Shown: positions 1-9,135 of the stretch, piece by piece
How positions within the stretch are numbered: the first letter of the stretch is position 1
How the letters are laid out: every line of letters starts with the position of its first letter
IMG/VR virus record: IMGVR_UViG_3300049460_000157
Location: 10,741 to 74,740 of that record
Reading direction: 5' to 3' (one strand)
Length of the DNA stretch: 64,000 nucleotides
DNA from: a virus
The notes under the pieces: generated by a model
The model's database searches: none
What the model was told of the DNA's origin: nothing
Seen by the model: only the letters and a program-made list of their open reading frames with translations
Translations under genes and position numbers: made by a program

Positions 1-108
1 GAGCTTCCTGAACTCACGGTTCTCCGCGAGCTTCAGTGCCATCGCCTTCTCTGCGACGAGCTTTTTGGAATCGGTCAGTTGCTGTTCAAGCTGGAGGACT
101 TCCGACAT
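1..108 (-). CDS. N4 gp58-like protein, 5' part only (truncated by window edge)
   Basis: ATG at 108, open to the edge (MSEVLQLEQQLTDSKKLVAEKAMALKLAENREFRKL); directly downstream of the portal as in N4 synteny. Confidence 0.6.
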   Translation of the reverse strand, partial: MSEVLQLEQQLTDSKKLVAEKAMALKLAENREFRKL

Positions 109-153
109 GAAGATTGGTCCTTTAAAGGTTCAAGTTAGGTTGAGGGTAAAAAG

Positions 154-2424
154 TTAAGCAGGTTGAAACTGCGGTGCTACAGGATTAGCTGCAGGGTTTT
201 GCCCTGCAAAGTTATCTTGCGGAATGTTACCAGGCGAACCGACGCCCGTCATATTTTTTGAGAGCTGGTTGTACCCCACCGCAGCGGGGATGTCCGGCCT
301 CGACTCGGCACCGTTGGCCAGCTTGCGCTTGGCGAGCAGCGCCTTGGTGACCTCGAGATCCTGGTTACCCTGTGCCTGGGCTTCCTGCTTCTGCATGTCG
401 CGGGCGTGCTTGGTACCCGTTTCCTGTTCCACGTAGTCGAGGTTGGTCTTGTCGGCCACGGCGCCGGCAGCTTTCGCCTGAGCTTCGTAGAGGTCGGCCT
501 GAGCCTTGTTCTTGTCGATCTCGGACTGCTTGGCGGCGAGCTCGAGCTGCTGCATCTGCTGCTGGAACGGGTCCGGCTTCGGCTGGAAGTTCTTGATCGC
601 ATGGGCCAGTTCGGGCATGCGTTTGAGGCGGGCGATCTCGGAGAGGATAAGCATCACCATGCCCTGGTCACCCTTCGGTCCAAGCGTCTGCAGCATGAAC
701 GCCAGATCCTTGGACTTGGCGTCATCGACTTCAGCCGTCGAGATGTCCACTTCCAGATCGAAGTCGCCCATGAGTTCATCCCGGCGCACCGGCACGAACT
801 GCTCGTTGGTCACCCGGACGACTTCCGTATCCGAGAGGAAGGCGCCATTCATCGAGATGATCTTGACGCCGATATCGGTCATGCCCTTGGCGAGGCGCCG
901 AAGGATGGCCATTTCCCGCTTCGAGGCCGCATCGAGGGCGCCCCGGATTCCAGCAGCGACATCACCGTAAGACTCGCCCGAAATGCCTCCGCCAAAGCTC
1001 TTCACTCCAGTGAGCGCTTCCGCTTCCTGGTTCTGGAGGTTCAGCATCAAAAGCGCTGACTGTGGCAGTTCCGGATACTTGTGCTCGATGAGTCCCTGCT
1101 GGATCGGGACGTTGGGGTTGAACTCGTAGTCCTGGCCGTTCTCGTAGCGCCGGCGATTGAGCGGGTCGAGCATGCCCTTGGCAAAGCCCTGCTGGCCATT
1201 GGCGGAGCGGCCCAGCAGATCGATCATGCCGCGGGTAATGGCACCGAGAATCTTCTGGTTGTCCTCCAGCATCTCGGCATCCGGCTCGCCGTACAGCTCA
1301 CGCTTGACCGGCAGATACGGCACCACGATGAACGGCAGCTTCTGGTCCGGGAACGGGTTCTTCTCCATCCGGATCAGCACATCCCCGATCCAGGTGGCGA
1401 CGATGGGTACCAGCTCCCCATCGTTGTTGATGTCGTATTGCCCCCAGTATTCATAGGCCACGACCTTCTTGCGCATCGCATCCCGGAAGGCAAACGATTC
1501 GGGCGTCGTAGTCACATGGTCCGGCTGGGAAAGGGGCGCATTGCCTTCCCAGTTCACCCGGTCCAGGTTCTTGTAGCGCTTGGGATCCTTCTTCAGCTCG
1601 GCCTGGTTGGTCTCGAACGAGACGATGCAGAACAGTGCCTTGGAGAAGTCACCGTTGCAGGACGGGTCCGCAAAGAAGTTGCGCGGATCGAGGATCTCGG
1701 CAGTCGGCCGGTTCTCAATCAGCTTCTCGACTTCCACCGTCTGCTTGCCCGTCTGCACAGCAACCGTGGGCTGCTGGGACTCGTTGTAGTAGTCGACCGC
1801 GGCCTGCATTTCAGGCGGCATAGTCGTCTGGTACGTGTTTGGGTCGGTCTGCGAAAGTTCAAGCGCCTGCTGCAGCGCGGTCAGCTGGTCCTGGCTCTGG
1901 ATCGGGTAGTGCGACCAGATGGGCACCTGCTGCTTGATCTTCGTGCTCACCCGGCACCAGCCGAGGCGCACCACACAGGTACCTTCATCGACCGTCGAGC
2001 GCACGTAGTCGTCGATGAACTTGATGCGGTTCATCTTCGTGCGGAACTGCCAGTTCAGCACCAGCTCGTTCTGCTCGGCCGCCTTGGTGTCTTCCCAGGT
2101 CGTGGGCGACACCTTGAACAACTTCGACGTGGAGCCAAGGAAAGGCTCAGTGAGCGCAGAGTAGCGCCATTCCGCCTGGCGACGGATGAGCTTGGGCTGC
2201 ACCGAGGAGCGGCCCTTCACTTTCGGAGGCGCGGCCTTGCCCTTGACCTGGGACAGATCATTCCAGTGCTGGATCTTCGCAATCTGGGTCTGCTGTGACG
2301 GCCGGGCCGCTTCCAGGTCACCCTTCAGTGTCTGGACGGATGGTTCGTTCTCCCAGGTAGTGAGCTTCTGGGAAAGGTCGGCGCTGCTGGGCAGCACCTG
2401 GTCAGACGAGGTGAACTTGGTCAT
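154..2424 (-). CDS. portal protein (N4 gp59-like)
   Basis: 756 aa; N4-type motifs [50 protein letters not shown]; coiled-coil C-terminus. Confidence 0.93.
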   Translation of the reverse strand: MTKFTSSDQVLPSSADLSQKLTTWENEPSVQTLKGDLEAARPSQQTQIAKIQHWNDLSQVKGKAAPPKVKGRSSVQPKLIRRQAEWRYSALTEPFLGSTSKLFKVSPTTWEDTKAAEQNELVLNWQFRTKMNRIKFIDDYVRSTVDEGTCVVRLGWCRVSTKIKQQVPIWSHYPIQSQDQLTALQQALELSQTDPNTYQTTMPPEMQAAVDYYNESQQPTVAVQTGKQTVEVEKLIENRPTAEILDPRNFFADPSCNGDFSKALFCIVSFETNQAELKKDPKRYKNLDRVNWEGNAPLSQPDHVTTTPESFAFRDAMRKKVVAYEYWGQYDINNDGELVPIVATWIGDVLIRMEKNPFPDQKLPFIVVPYLPVKRELYGEPDAEMLEDNQKILGAITRGMIDLLGRSANGQQGFAKGMLDPLNRRRYENGQDYEFNPNVPIQQGLIEHKYPELPQSALLMLNLQNQEAEALTGVKSFGGGISGESYGDVAAGIRGALDAASKREMAILRRLAKGMTDIGVKIISMNGAFLSDTEVVRVTNEQFVPVRRDELMGDFDLEVDISTAEVDDAKSKDLAFMLQTLGPKGDQGMVMLILSEIARLKRMPELAHAIKNFQPKPDPFQQQMQQLELAAKQSEIDKNKAQADLYEAQAKAAGAVADKTNLDYVEQETGTKHARDMQKQEAQAQGNQDLEVTKALLAKRKLANGAESRPDIPAAVGYNQLSKNMTGVGSPGNIPQDNFAGQNPAANPVAPQFQPA

Positions 2425-2942
2425 TGGGCCGGATCAGTGAGAAGTTGGCGATCTGCGAGTAGCTGGTTGCCTACCTGCATGAGCTGGTTGTCACGCAACT
2501 CAAGAGCACTTCTGAGTTCGCGTACCAGAGATCGGCCCTCTTCAAGAGATCGGTCGAGTTCGGCCGTATGGCCTGCGAGACGGCTGCACTCAACGGCACC
2601 ACCTGCGGCCTGACGTTGATAAATTGCGGCGCGGTCGGCACTGAGCTGCAGGCTACGAGCGTAGTCACTGCGCAAAGCAGCAAGCTCAATCGCATGAGCG
2701 TCGCTGGCCGACTGAAGTGCGTCAGCGGCTTTCTGAGAATCCTGGGCATGCTCGTTTTCCTTTTGACGGTAATCGGCCCGGAGCTTGTCCATGGCCTGAT
2801 TACGCGCTTCTTTGTCTGCATCCCATTTGGATTGGATCTCGGCCTTGCCATGATCCAGTCCAGATGAGTAGCACTTCCAGCCTGCTCCACTTAGTACTGC
2901 CAGGGGCAATACGCCATACAGCAGGATTTTAGGTAGCAGCAT
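2421..2942 (-). CDS. inner-membrane spanin (Rz-like)
   Basis: N-terminal TM segment ([15 protein letters not shown]) then long helical coiled-coil; follows the endolysin; start taken at MLLPK. Confidence 0.8.
   Translation of the reverse strand: MLLPKILLYGVLPLAVLSGAGWKCYSSGLDHGKAEIQSKWDADKEARNQAMDKLRADYRQKENEHAQDSQKAADALQSASDAHAIELAALRSDYARSLQLSADRAAIYQRQAAGGAVECSRLAGHTAELDRSLEEGRSLVRELRSALELRDNQLMQVGNQLLADRQLLTDPAQ
2471..2695 (-). CDS. outer-membrane spanin lipoprotein (Rz1-like), embedded in the i-spanin gene
   Basis: 74 aa [23 protein letters not shown]: signal peptide with lipobox LVAC and Pro-rich segment, in an alternative frame fully inside Rz. Confidence 0.8.
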   Translation of the reverse strand: MRLSLLLCAVTTLVACSSVPTAPQFINVRPQVVPLSAAVSQAIRPNSTDLLKRADLWYANSEVLLSCVTTSSCR

Positions 2943-3546
2943 TCTGGCTCTCCCCGTCATCCTTGCAGCGGCTCAGCGGTACGTTGCCGACCCGGTTGGT
3001 GACCCACCCGACCGTGTAGTCACTCAACTTATCTAGCGACATGTAGTACACGGCCTGTTGCGAATCGAGCAGCTTGATCACCAGCTCACAGGCTTGCACC
3101 TTGCCTCTGACACGTTGCAGAGCCTTGTAGGCAGTGATCGTTGCGGGGCCAACTTTACCATCAACTAATGTTGAGGGGAAGTCTCTCCCACCTCGACTCA
3201 GGCTATTCAGCGCTTTCTGGAGCCAAAGGGAAGGACGAGCCGGGCCAGCGTTCACTGCACTGTCCACCAGTTCCTGTGCAACAGCCGGTGAGAGAGCCAG
3301 GAACGGTTCATACCCCGGCTTCTGGATGTAGTCCTCGAAATAGATCGAAGTCGCCAGATCCTCACTCAGACTTTTCATGGGTCCGGTGTAGCCGTGGGAC
3401 ACTGCCACTGTCTTTGTGATGCCGTGGTTGGTCTCGCCGCCTGGGTCATGCGGATCATTGACATAGCCACCCTCGACCGCTACCACAGCCGAGATGATCG
3501 CCGCCGCAATGCCGCCGATCCCAACGTGCTTTCTAGTGATCGCCAT
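2929..3546 (-). CDS. endolysin, glycoside hydrolase family 108 N-acetylmuramidase with probable SAR anchor (N4 gp61-like)
   Basis: EGGYVNDPHDPGGETNHGIT catalytic motif, VDGKVGPAT PG-binding motif, Gly/Ala-rich hydrophobic N-terminus; start at MAITRK with GGAGG RBS. Confidence 0.92.
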   Translation of the reverse strand: MAITRKHVGIGGIAAAIISAVVAVEGGYVNDPHDPGGETNHGITKTVAVSHGYTGPMKSLSEDLATSIYFEDYIQKPGYEPFLALSPAVAQELVDSAVNAGPARPSLWLQKALNSLSRGGRDFPSTLVDGKVGPATITAYKALQRVRGKVQACELVIKLLDSQQAVYYMSLDKLSDYTVGWVTNRVGNVPLSRCKDDGESQNAAT

Positions 3547-3790
3547 TGGATTCCTCCAGTTCGTCATGCGCCCAGATGAGGATCCGGCCGAGCATCGTCG
3601 CTCCGAAGAGGAACATGCCGACTGCGGCCGCATAGGGAACATGACCTTTTGCCTGGTGGCCGAGGCTTTCCCAGATCTCTGCTAGCAGATCCAGCAGAGA
3701 TGTGACAAAACCCAGGGCACTCCACCACATTGACGCCCAGGTATGGGCACTTCGCCAGTTCGGGACCAGCGTTAACTTTTTGTCAGCCAC
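3533..3790 (-). CDS. putative holin
   Basis: About 85 aa with two hydrophobic segments and LVPNWR..AHTWASMW motif; GTG start with GGAGA RBS; upstream of the endolysin. Confidence 0.65.
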   Translation of the reverse strand: MADKKLTLVPNWRSAHTWASMWWSALGFVTSLLDLLAEIWESLGHQAKGHVPYAAAVGMFLFGATMLGRILIWAHDELEESNGDH

Positions 3791-4107
3791 CTGAAGATCT
3801 CCGTTCGCATTGAGCAGAACAGGCCCACCAGGGCGGCCAGAATGACCCAGGTCCAACGGCCAGCAATGCCTGCCCCAACGACCTTGTGCTTGATGGTGAT
3901 GAACTCCTCGATCGTCGGCGCCTGCTGCCTGAGCGACTCCTCCACCGTTTTCATCCGGCCATCCATCGAGGTGAGTAGCTGGGACTGCTCTTCTGCTTTT
4001 TCGTACTGCCCTTTACGCGCAACCTTGGCGTCCTCCAGTTCTTTCTGGATGAAACCAAACTGCGTCACGAGGACGGCCAGTTGCACTTCAATCGAATCAT
4101 TCGGCAT
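3772..4107 (-). CDS. holin/antiholin-like membrane protein (N4 gp63-like)
   Basis: Coiled-coil N-terminus and single C-terminal TM helix; first gene of the lysis cassette. Confidence 0.6.
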   Translation of the reverse strand: MPNDSIEVQLAVLVTQFGFIQKELEDAKVARKGQYEKAEEQSQLLTSMDGRMKTVEESLRQQAPTIEEFITIKHKVVGAGIAGRWTWVILAALVGLFCSMRTEIFRWLTKS

Positions 4108-4133
4108 GTGAGTCGGCCCTATTTGCTGGCTGT

Positions 4134-4180
4134 AAACGAAAAAGGGGCAACAGAAGACGGGTGTCTATCTGTTGCCCCTT
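4134..4180 (-). terminator. Rho-independent terminator upstream of the lysis cassette
   Basis: AAGGGGCAACAGA (4142-4154) / TCTGTTGCCCCTT (4168-4180) inverted repeat followed by a U-run on the minus strand. Confidence 0.7.
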
Positions 4181-4278
4181 GGTGAGCCTCAAACAGGTCT
4201 CACTGGGTCACGGAAGTTACCAGGATGATACGTGAATGCAGGCTACTCCTCCAGATTTAGTCTGGGGAATTGTTGCTT

Positions 4279-6033
4279 CTATGTCCCTCCCAGTGCAGCG
4301 ATCTGCACCTTCATCGCAGCAATGTCGGCCAGCGCTTCCTGGAGTGCTGCACCAAGCAGAGGAACCAGCTTGGAGTAGTCGACCGACTGTGGAGCAATGG
4401 CCTGATCTACCGACACGATATCGCCCGGCTGCACGTTCTCCGGGTCATACCCTTCCCGGTAGACCGGGTAGAAGTCGCCCATCGCATCCTTCTCGCCCGT
4501 CACTGCAAACGGCAGCACCGCCTGCAGCTCATGGGCGATCACGTAATGCTCACGGGTACCCGGCTGCGAGACGTACTCCCCATCGTAAAACGGGATGCTA
4601 GCGAGTGTCGTCCCTGCATTGGCGATCGGCACGTAGTTCTGCTTGAGCCGGTAGTCGGAGGTCGTGTTGTACGAAGTCGATGTCCCGTTGCTCGTGCTGA
4701 TCGTCCCGATCGCACCGGTACCGAAGAAGAACGCAGCGAAGGGCGTGGCGGCCACATCGACACGGGCAAGAAGGCATCCACCGCTTGCCTGGTACGCAGC
4801 GTAAGCGCTCAGCGCCCACGTATTGCCCACCACACTGGTACGGCCCGAGATCACACCCGAGGACCATGCCGCCGTCTCGTTAACGTGGAAACCGCCCGAG
4901 GTGTCGAACCGCCCACGCTCGGCGCCATTGGCCGAGAAGGTCAGCGCATTCGCCGCGGCGCTGAGTGCGAGCACACCGGTACCGGCCACCGCATTGGTCG
5001 TCACGCCACCCGTTGCCGTGACCGCTCCGGACGCCGTCAGTGCGGCACACCCGACTGCGCCGGCGAACGATGCACTGGGAGCACTGAACACACCGGCCGC
5101 CGAGATACTCGCCTGACCGGTCGTGCCGAAGGTGGAGACTCCCGTGAAGGCGTTGTTCCCTGCGATCGTCTTCCCACCTGTCAGCGGCAGGTACCCGGCC
5201 GGGTCGAAGTTGCCTGAGTCCCATGGCGTGTTGCCATTGAACGCCGGCCGCACCGTAAAGGTCTGCTGCAGTGCCCAGGTATTGGCCGCGTTCATCAGTG
5301 GAACAGCTGCACCACTGGTTCCCGTGTTCTGGGTCGCTGCGCTGCCCAGACCCAGGTTCGTGCGTGCCTGGGGTGCAGCTGTGGCGCCCGTCCCACCCTG
5401 GGCAATCCCGACCGGCAGGTTCAGCGATGCCACGTACTGCTGGGCGAGGATCGCGTAGTAGCGGGCCGAGTAGTTGGTGGCGTCCACCGGATTGACAAGC
5501 TGCGCCGCCCACTGGCTGGCGAGTACAGCCGAAGCCGCAGCATTGTCTGCCTGGGTACCGGCCTGTGCATTGGCCTGGTCAGCGCCCGACTTCGCCGTAT
5601 CGGCGCCGGTCTTCGAGAGCGCCGCCGCAGCTGCACTATCCGCTGCTGCCTGCTGGGAAGTCGCCGCTGCCAGGGCCGACGCGTCTGCTGCACCCTCGGA
5701 ACCGGAAGCCGAAGCGGCAGCGGCCTCTGCAAGATCATGGGCTGCATTGGCCGTCACGTTGGCCTGTGCCGCATAGGATTCAGCGCTGTCGGCCGTTTCC
5801 ACGGCCTGGTTGATCTTGCCCAGTGCCTGGGTTGAAGTCGAGTTGGCGGCCGCCGCATTCGAGACGGCCGAGGCCAGCTGTGAGAGCTGGGTCGAGTTCA
5901 GGTAGCCGGTGTCTCCCTTGTCGCCCTTGTCACCTTTATCCCCTTTGTAGAAAGGCATAAAGGTGACATCGAGCGTCTGTCCGGTCACACCAACAAGCTG
6001 GATATTCAGTTCAATTGCCGGAGTCAGGCTCAT
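4279..6033 (-). CDS. tail fibre with C-terminal intramolecular chaperone (peptidase S74-like)
   Basis: GDK collagen-like triplets, Ala-rich coiled stalk, GGTGATAAPQARTNLGLG and TPWDSGNFDP fibre motifs, TTSDYRLKQN autocleavage motif. Confidence 0.85.
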   Translation of the reverse strand: MSLTPAIELNIQLVGVTGQTLDVTFMPFYKGDKGDKGDKGDTGYLNSTQLSQLASAVSNAAAANSTSTQALGKINQAVETADSAESYAAQANVTANAAHDLAEAAAASASGSEGAADASALAAATSQQAAADSAAAAALSKTGADTAKSGADQANAQAGTQADNAAASAVLASQWAAQLVNPVDATNYSARYYAILAQQYVASLNLPVGIAQGGTGATAAPQARTNLGLGSAATQNTGTSGAAVPLMNAANTWALQQTFTVRPAFNGNTPWDSGNFDPAGYLPLTGGKTIAGNNAFTGVSTFGTTGQASISAAGVFSAPSASFAGAVGCAALTASGAVTATGGVTTNAVAGTGVLALSAAANALTFSANGAERGRFDTSGGFHVNETAAWSSGVISGRTSVVGNTWALSAYAAYQASGGCLLARVDVAATPFAAFFFGTGAIGTISTSNGTSTSYNTTSDYRLKQNYVPIANAGTTLASIPFYDGEYVSQPGTREHYVIAHELQAVLPFAVTGEKDAMGDFYPVYREGYDPENVQPGDIVSVDQAIAPQSVDYSKLVPLLGAALQEALADIAAMKVQIAALGGT

Positions 6034-6341
6034 TGGGTCACCTGTGCAAGGACATTGATTTCCTCAGTGCGCGAGAGGATGACGTTGCCGGCCCCGTCGA
6101 CCAGCCGCAGGTCGAGGATGTGCGGCATCAGTTTCCACCGGGCGGTCTGTTGCGCAGTGGCGGAGATCCGCACGACCGCGGTCGGAGCATCGACGATCTG
6201 GGTCGTCAAGGCCTGAACCAGGGAAAAACCAGTCCGGCTACGCAGATCGGCACGCAGGCTGTATCCGCCGAGCGGGTAAGGCACAGTCCCGTTCATCAGC
6301 TGGCCGCTGAAGTCAAAGGTCTGGCCGCGTTTGAAATCCAT
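6030..6341 (-). CDS. tail-fibre adaptor / baseplate-upper-protein N-terminal-like Ig domain
   Basis: 103 aa FKRGQTF...LRADLR...ISATAQQTARW...DLRL pattern; overlaps the fibre start (ATGA). Confidence 0.55.
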   Translation of the reverse strand: MDFKRGQTFDFSGQLMNGTVPYPLGGYSLRADLRSRTGFSLVQALTTQIVDAPTAVVRISATAQQTARWKLMPHILDLRLVDGAGNVILSRTEEINVLAQVTQ

Positions 6342-6354
6342 ATTGGCCTCTTGG

Positions 6355-6378
6355 AAAAAAGCCCCCTGTCACGGGGGC
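6355..6378 (-). terminator. Rho-independent terminator
   Basis: Minus strand GCCCCC-GTGACA-GGGGGC followed by TTTTTT. Confidence 0.75.
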
Positions 6379-6384
6379 CGATGA

Positions 6385-6540
6385 TTACGAAGGCGTACCG
6401 GCAGGTTCCTGTGCCACCGGGACTTCGGGATCCAGCACAGTGCGGCTGGAGTGGTTGTTCAGATGCGGATTGACTGCCTCGAACTCGACGAACGTGGATA
6501 CCTTCCAGTCCGAGGTCACAACCGGTTTGATGTCTGCCAT
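6385..6540 (-). CDS. small hypothetical protein (51 aa, not in ORF track)
   Basis: MADIKPVVTSDWKVSTFVEFEAVNPHLNNHSSRTVLDPEVPVAQEPAGTPS; AGGA RBS; fills the gap and ends just before the terminator. Confidence 0.55.
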   Translation of the reverse strand: MADIKPVVTSDWKVSTFVEFEAVNPHLNNHSSRTVLDPEVPVAQEPAGTPS

Positions 6541-6595
6541 ATGGGTTTCCTGGTTCAGACCGGACCACCCGAAGGCGGCCCGGCTTGCTGTGTGG

Positions 6596-8425
6596 TTACG
6601 TCCCCCAGCCGTTGAATGGATGTCCCTGGTCAGTGAAGCCGATCAGTGACGGGTGGGTTGGAATCGCCTCGTTGTCGTACGTGCCGTACAACATGAAGGT
6701 GTTCTTGCGGATCTTGTCCGAGGCGGACTCATTCACGAACGTGCTCAGCACCGAGCACGCAGTGAACAGGATGCCGCTCGGAAAGCCGGGGTTGCCGACT
6801 GCGTTGAAGTACAGCGCAAAACAGCCCGGCTTGCCCACACCATTCACGTTGTCACCCACGAAGTGGCAGCGGTTGAAGTTGATGGAGTCCACAAACTTCA
6901 GCATGCCGGCGTACGCATTCGATGCACTGGACGTGTCGAAGCGGCAGTCATTGAACGAGGTGATCCACGTATCGTTCGACACTGCGTACACACCATCCAT
7001 CAGCAGACCGATGTTGCCATCCACGTTGGACGTGAAGTTGCACTCATTGAACACGTTGTGCGTGTTGTAGTTGCCGGTCGGAGCCGCCCCACCCTGGATG
7101 TTCAGGCCGATGGTCTTGTAGAAGCTGGCCGTCACGTTCTTCACCGTGCAGAAGCCGAACGAGTTCATCGAGAGCGCGGTGCTGGCGAGCGGACTATTCA
7201 CACCGTGACAGTAGATCTGGAACCCTTCCAGACGTACGGAAGCAATCGGACCGAGTACATTGACCATCGAGTTGATGTACGGCGCGCCCTGCCCACCATC
7301 GAGTGCCACCAGCATCGTGGGTACCGGTGCATAGAAGCTGCCCCCGCCACCCATGCCGATCAGCTGGATGCCGTTCTTGGTGGACGGTGTGCCGGCGTTG
7401 TCCCCGTTGCCGATAACGACCCCGCTCGCACCACCGATGCCGTAGCGCTTGCCCATCATGCGAACCTTGCCACCACCAGCCGGCAGGGCAGCGATCGCCG
7501 CATTGATCGCCGGCAGGTCGTTGGTCACGCCATCGCCCTTGGCACCGAACTGTTCAACGAACCAGTCCGGCCAGCCAACCAGCTCCCAGCAGCCGACGCC
7601 GCCCGCCGCGGTGACGATCGACCCGTTGTTCGCCAGACCCTGGGCGCGTGTCGCGTTGTAGTAGTAGTGGCCGCCACCGCCGTCGTTCACACCGTAGTAG
7701 CCCGTGACAAACACGTTCTGGAAGAACGTCGGGCTCAGTGTCTTGAGCGAGGCAATCGAGTTCACCACCCGGCTCAGACCGGTCTTGATGAGGGTACCGA
7801 GGTTGGTACCGTCAGCGAGACCGACCATGCCAGCACCGCCGACACCGGAGAAACTCGCCACCAGTGCAGCATTCAGCGCCTCGGTAGCGGCCGCAATCGA
7901 GTCGTAGACGGACTCATTCAGGCCAGCCAGTGCCGCATTGACCCGGCTGTTCAGGTCACCGATCGCAGCGTTGGGCGCCGAGTTGACTGCTGCCAGGTCG
8001 ATCCAGCCGGTATCCAGCTTGCCATCGACACCCGACTGCGGAACCTTGCTGGCAGTCGGTGTCTCGGTGATAAGCGTCAGGATATCGGGGATCGCCCAGA
8101 GCGTTGCCCAGTCAGTGTCACCGACATAGCGCCACTGCAGGTTGTTGTCGACCACCTGGAACTCCGGCGTCTTGCCGTCGAGCACACTGATGGCGAACAG
8201 GTTCTTCCATTCAGCCTCGCCAACATAGCGCCACTGAACATAGCCGCCGGCTTCCTGGAGCTCGACATTGTTCGGCTGGAGACTGGCCAGGTTCTCCGCC
8301 AGATAAACGATCTGGTCAAGGTTCTGGGCGACGGCCGCCACATTCCGGTAGGCCGTACCCAGCATCTTGTCGACGATGGGGGCGCCACCCCCACCACACA
8401 AATCCAGCGCATTGCGCATGCTCAT
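6596..8425 (-). CDS. tailspike / polysaccharide depolymerase (right-handed beta-helix) with N4-type N-terminal anchor
   Basis: VDKMLGTAY..V..VA.NL anchor, DGGGGHYYY head motif, VEQFGAKGDGVTNDLPAINAAI pectate-lyase-superfamily start, Asn/Cys-ladder repeats. Confidence 0.85.
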   Translation of the reverse strand: MSMRNALDLCGGGGAPIVDKMLGTAYRNVAAVAQNLDQIVYLAENLASLQPNNVELQEAGGYVQWRYVGEAEWKNLFAISVLDGKTPEFQVVDNNLQWRYVGDTDWATLWAIPDILTLITETPTASKVPQSGVDGKLDTGWIDLAAVNSAPNAAIGDLNSRVNAALAGLNESVYDSIAAATEALNAALVASFSGVGGAGMVGLADGTNLGTLIKTGLSRVVNSIASLKTLSPTFFQNVFVTGYYGVNDGGGGHYYYNATRAQGLANNGSIVTAAGGVGCWELVGWPDWFVEQFGAKGDGVTNDLPAINAAIAALPAGGGKVRMMGKRYGIGGASGVVIGNGDNAGTPSTKNGIQLIGMGGGGSFYAPVPTMLVALDGGQGAPYINSMVNVLGPIASVRLEGFQIYCHGVNSPLASTALSMNSFGFCTVKNVTASFYKTIGLNIQGGAAPTGNYNTHNVFNECNFTSNVDGNIGLLMDGVYAVSNDTWITSFNDCRFDTSSASNAYAGMLKFVDSINFNRCHFVGDNVNGVGKPGCFALYFNAVGNPGFPSGILFTACSVLSTFVNESASDKIRKNTFMLYGTYDNEAIPTHPSLIGFTDQGHPFNGWGT

Positions 8426-8426
8426 A

Positions 8427-9128
8427 TCAGATCCATCCATTTTTTTCGAAACGTTTGCCTGTGGTTGAGATACTGGTACTCACCAGATCCTGTTGAATAA
8501 CTTCGGCACAGATGTTCTCGAAGGCAGTCTCGTGCGTACCTGCAATGCCCATTGACTCTTGCGTGTTCATCTGTCCAAAGGTTCTGGCTGCGATCCATGC
8601 CCGGAGGGCAGGAACGAGTACATCCGGCAGCTCGATCTCCTGGGTGAGGTCATCGAGGATGAGCTGGGGATGCTTTGCCTGATACATGACGCTCAGGGCA
8701 ACGCCCGTCTTCGGACGGGGCACCTGCAGCACATTGCCCTGCGTGAAAACGGAGTGCGGGTTGTCGTCGTCATTCAGCGGCAACAGCACGCCGTAGCTGT
8801 TGAAGACATTGAGGATGCGGATCGCGTCTTCCTCGAATGGCTCGAGCGGCAGATCCCGGATGTAGAGGACCGTCTGCGTCGAGGTATCCGCCTGCGACTG
8901 GGCGAACTTCTTCAGCAGGTGGTAACTGGTGATCCAGTCCACCAGATCGATGAGGACATCGTTCTGCTTCAGGATGAAACGGGTGTAGAGCTTGAGCAGC
9001 CCGTCATTGGCAAAACGGATCACCCGCTCCTTGCCGGCGTCCGTAATGGTGCCGTCTCCGTCATTGGCGAGGGCGAGGCTCGACAACTCTCCGAAGGAGA
9101 GGTCAGTAAACAGCTGTTCGATATTCAT
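8427..9128 (-). CDS. virion structural / head-tail adaptor protein (N4 gp67-like)
   Basis: LSFGELS, GLLKLYTRF, YQAKHP and RFEKNGWI motifs; position right after the terminase. Confidence 0.8.
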   Translation of the reverse strand: MNIEQLFTDLSFGELSSLALANDGDGTITDAGKERVIRFANDGLLKLYTRFILKQNDVLIDLVDWITSYHLLKKFAQSQADTSTQTVLYIRDLPLEPFEEDAIRILNVFNSYGVLLPLNDDDNPHSVFTQGNVLQVPRPKTGVALSVMYQAKHPQLILDDLTQEIELPDVLVPALRAWIAARTFGQMNTQESMGIAGTHETAFENICAEVIQQDLVSTSISTTGKRFEKNGWI

Positions 9129-9135
9129 CTCAACC

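Noticed and set aside
6653-8500. 615-aa plus-strand ORF and similar long antisense ORFs (1081-2298, 4270-5217, 49061-50224, 54842-56575, 57548-59158, 59195-61276)
   Set aside because: They mirror well-supported genes on the opposite strand; high-GC codon bias suppresses antisense stops; no recognisable domains
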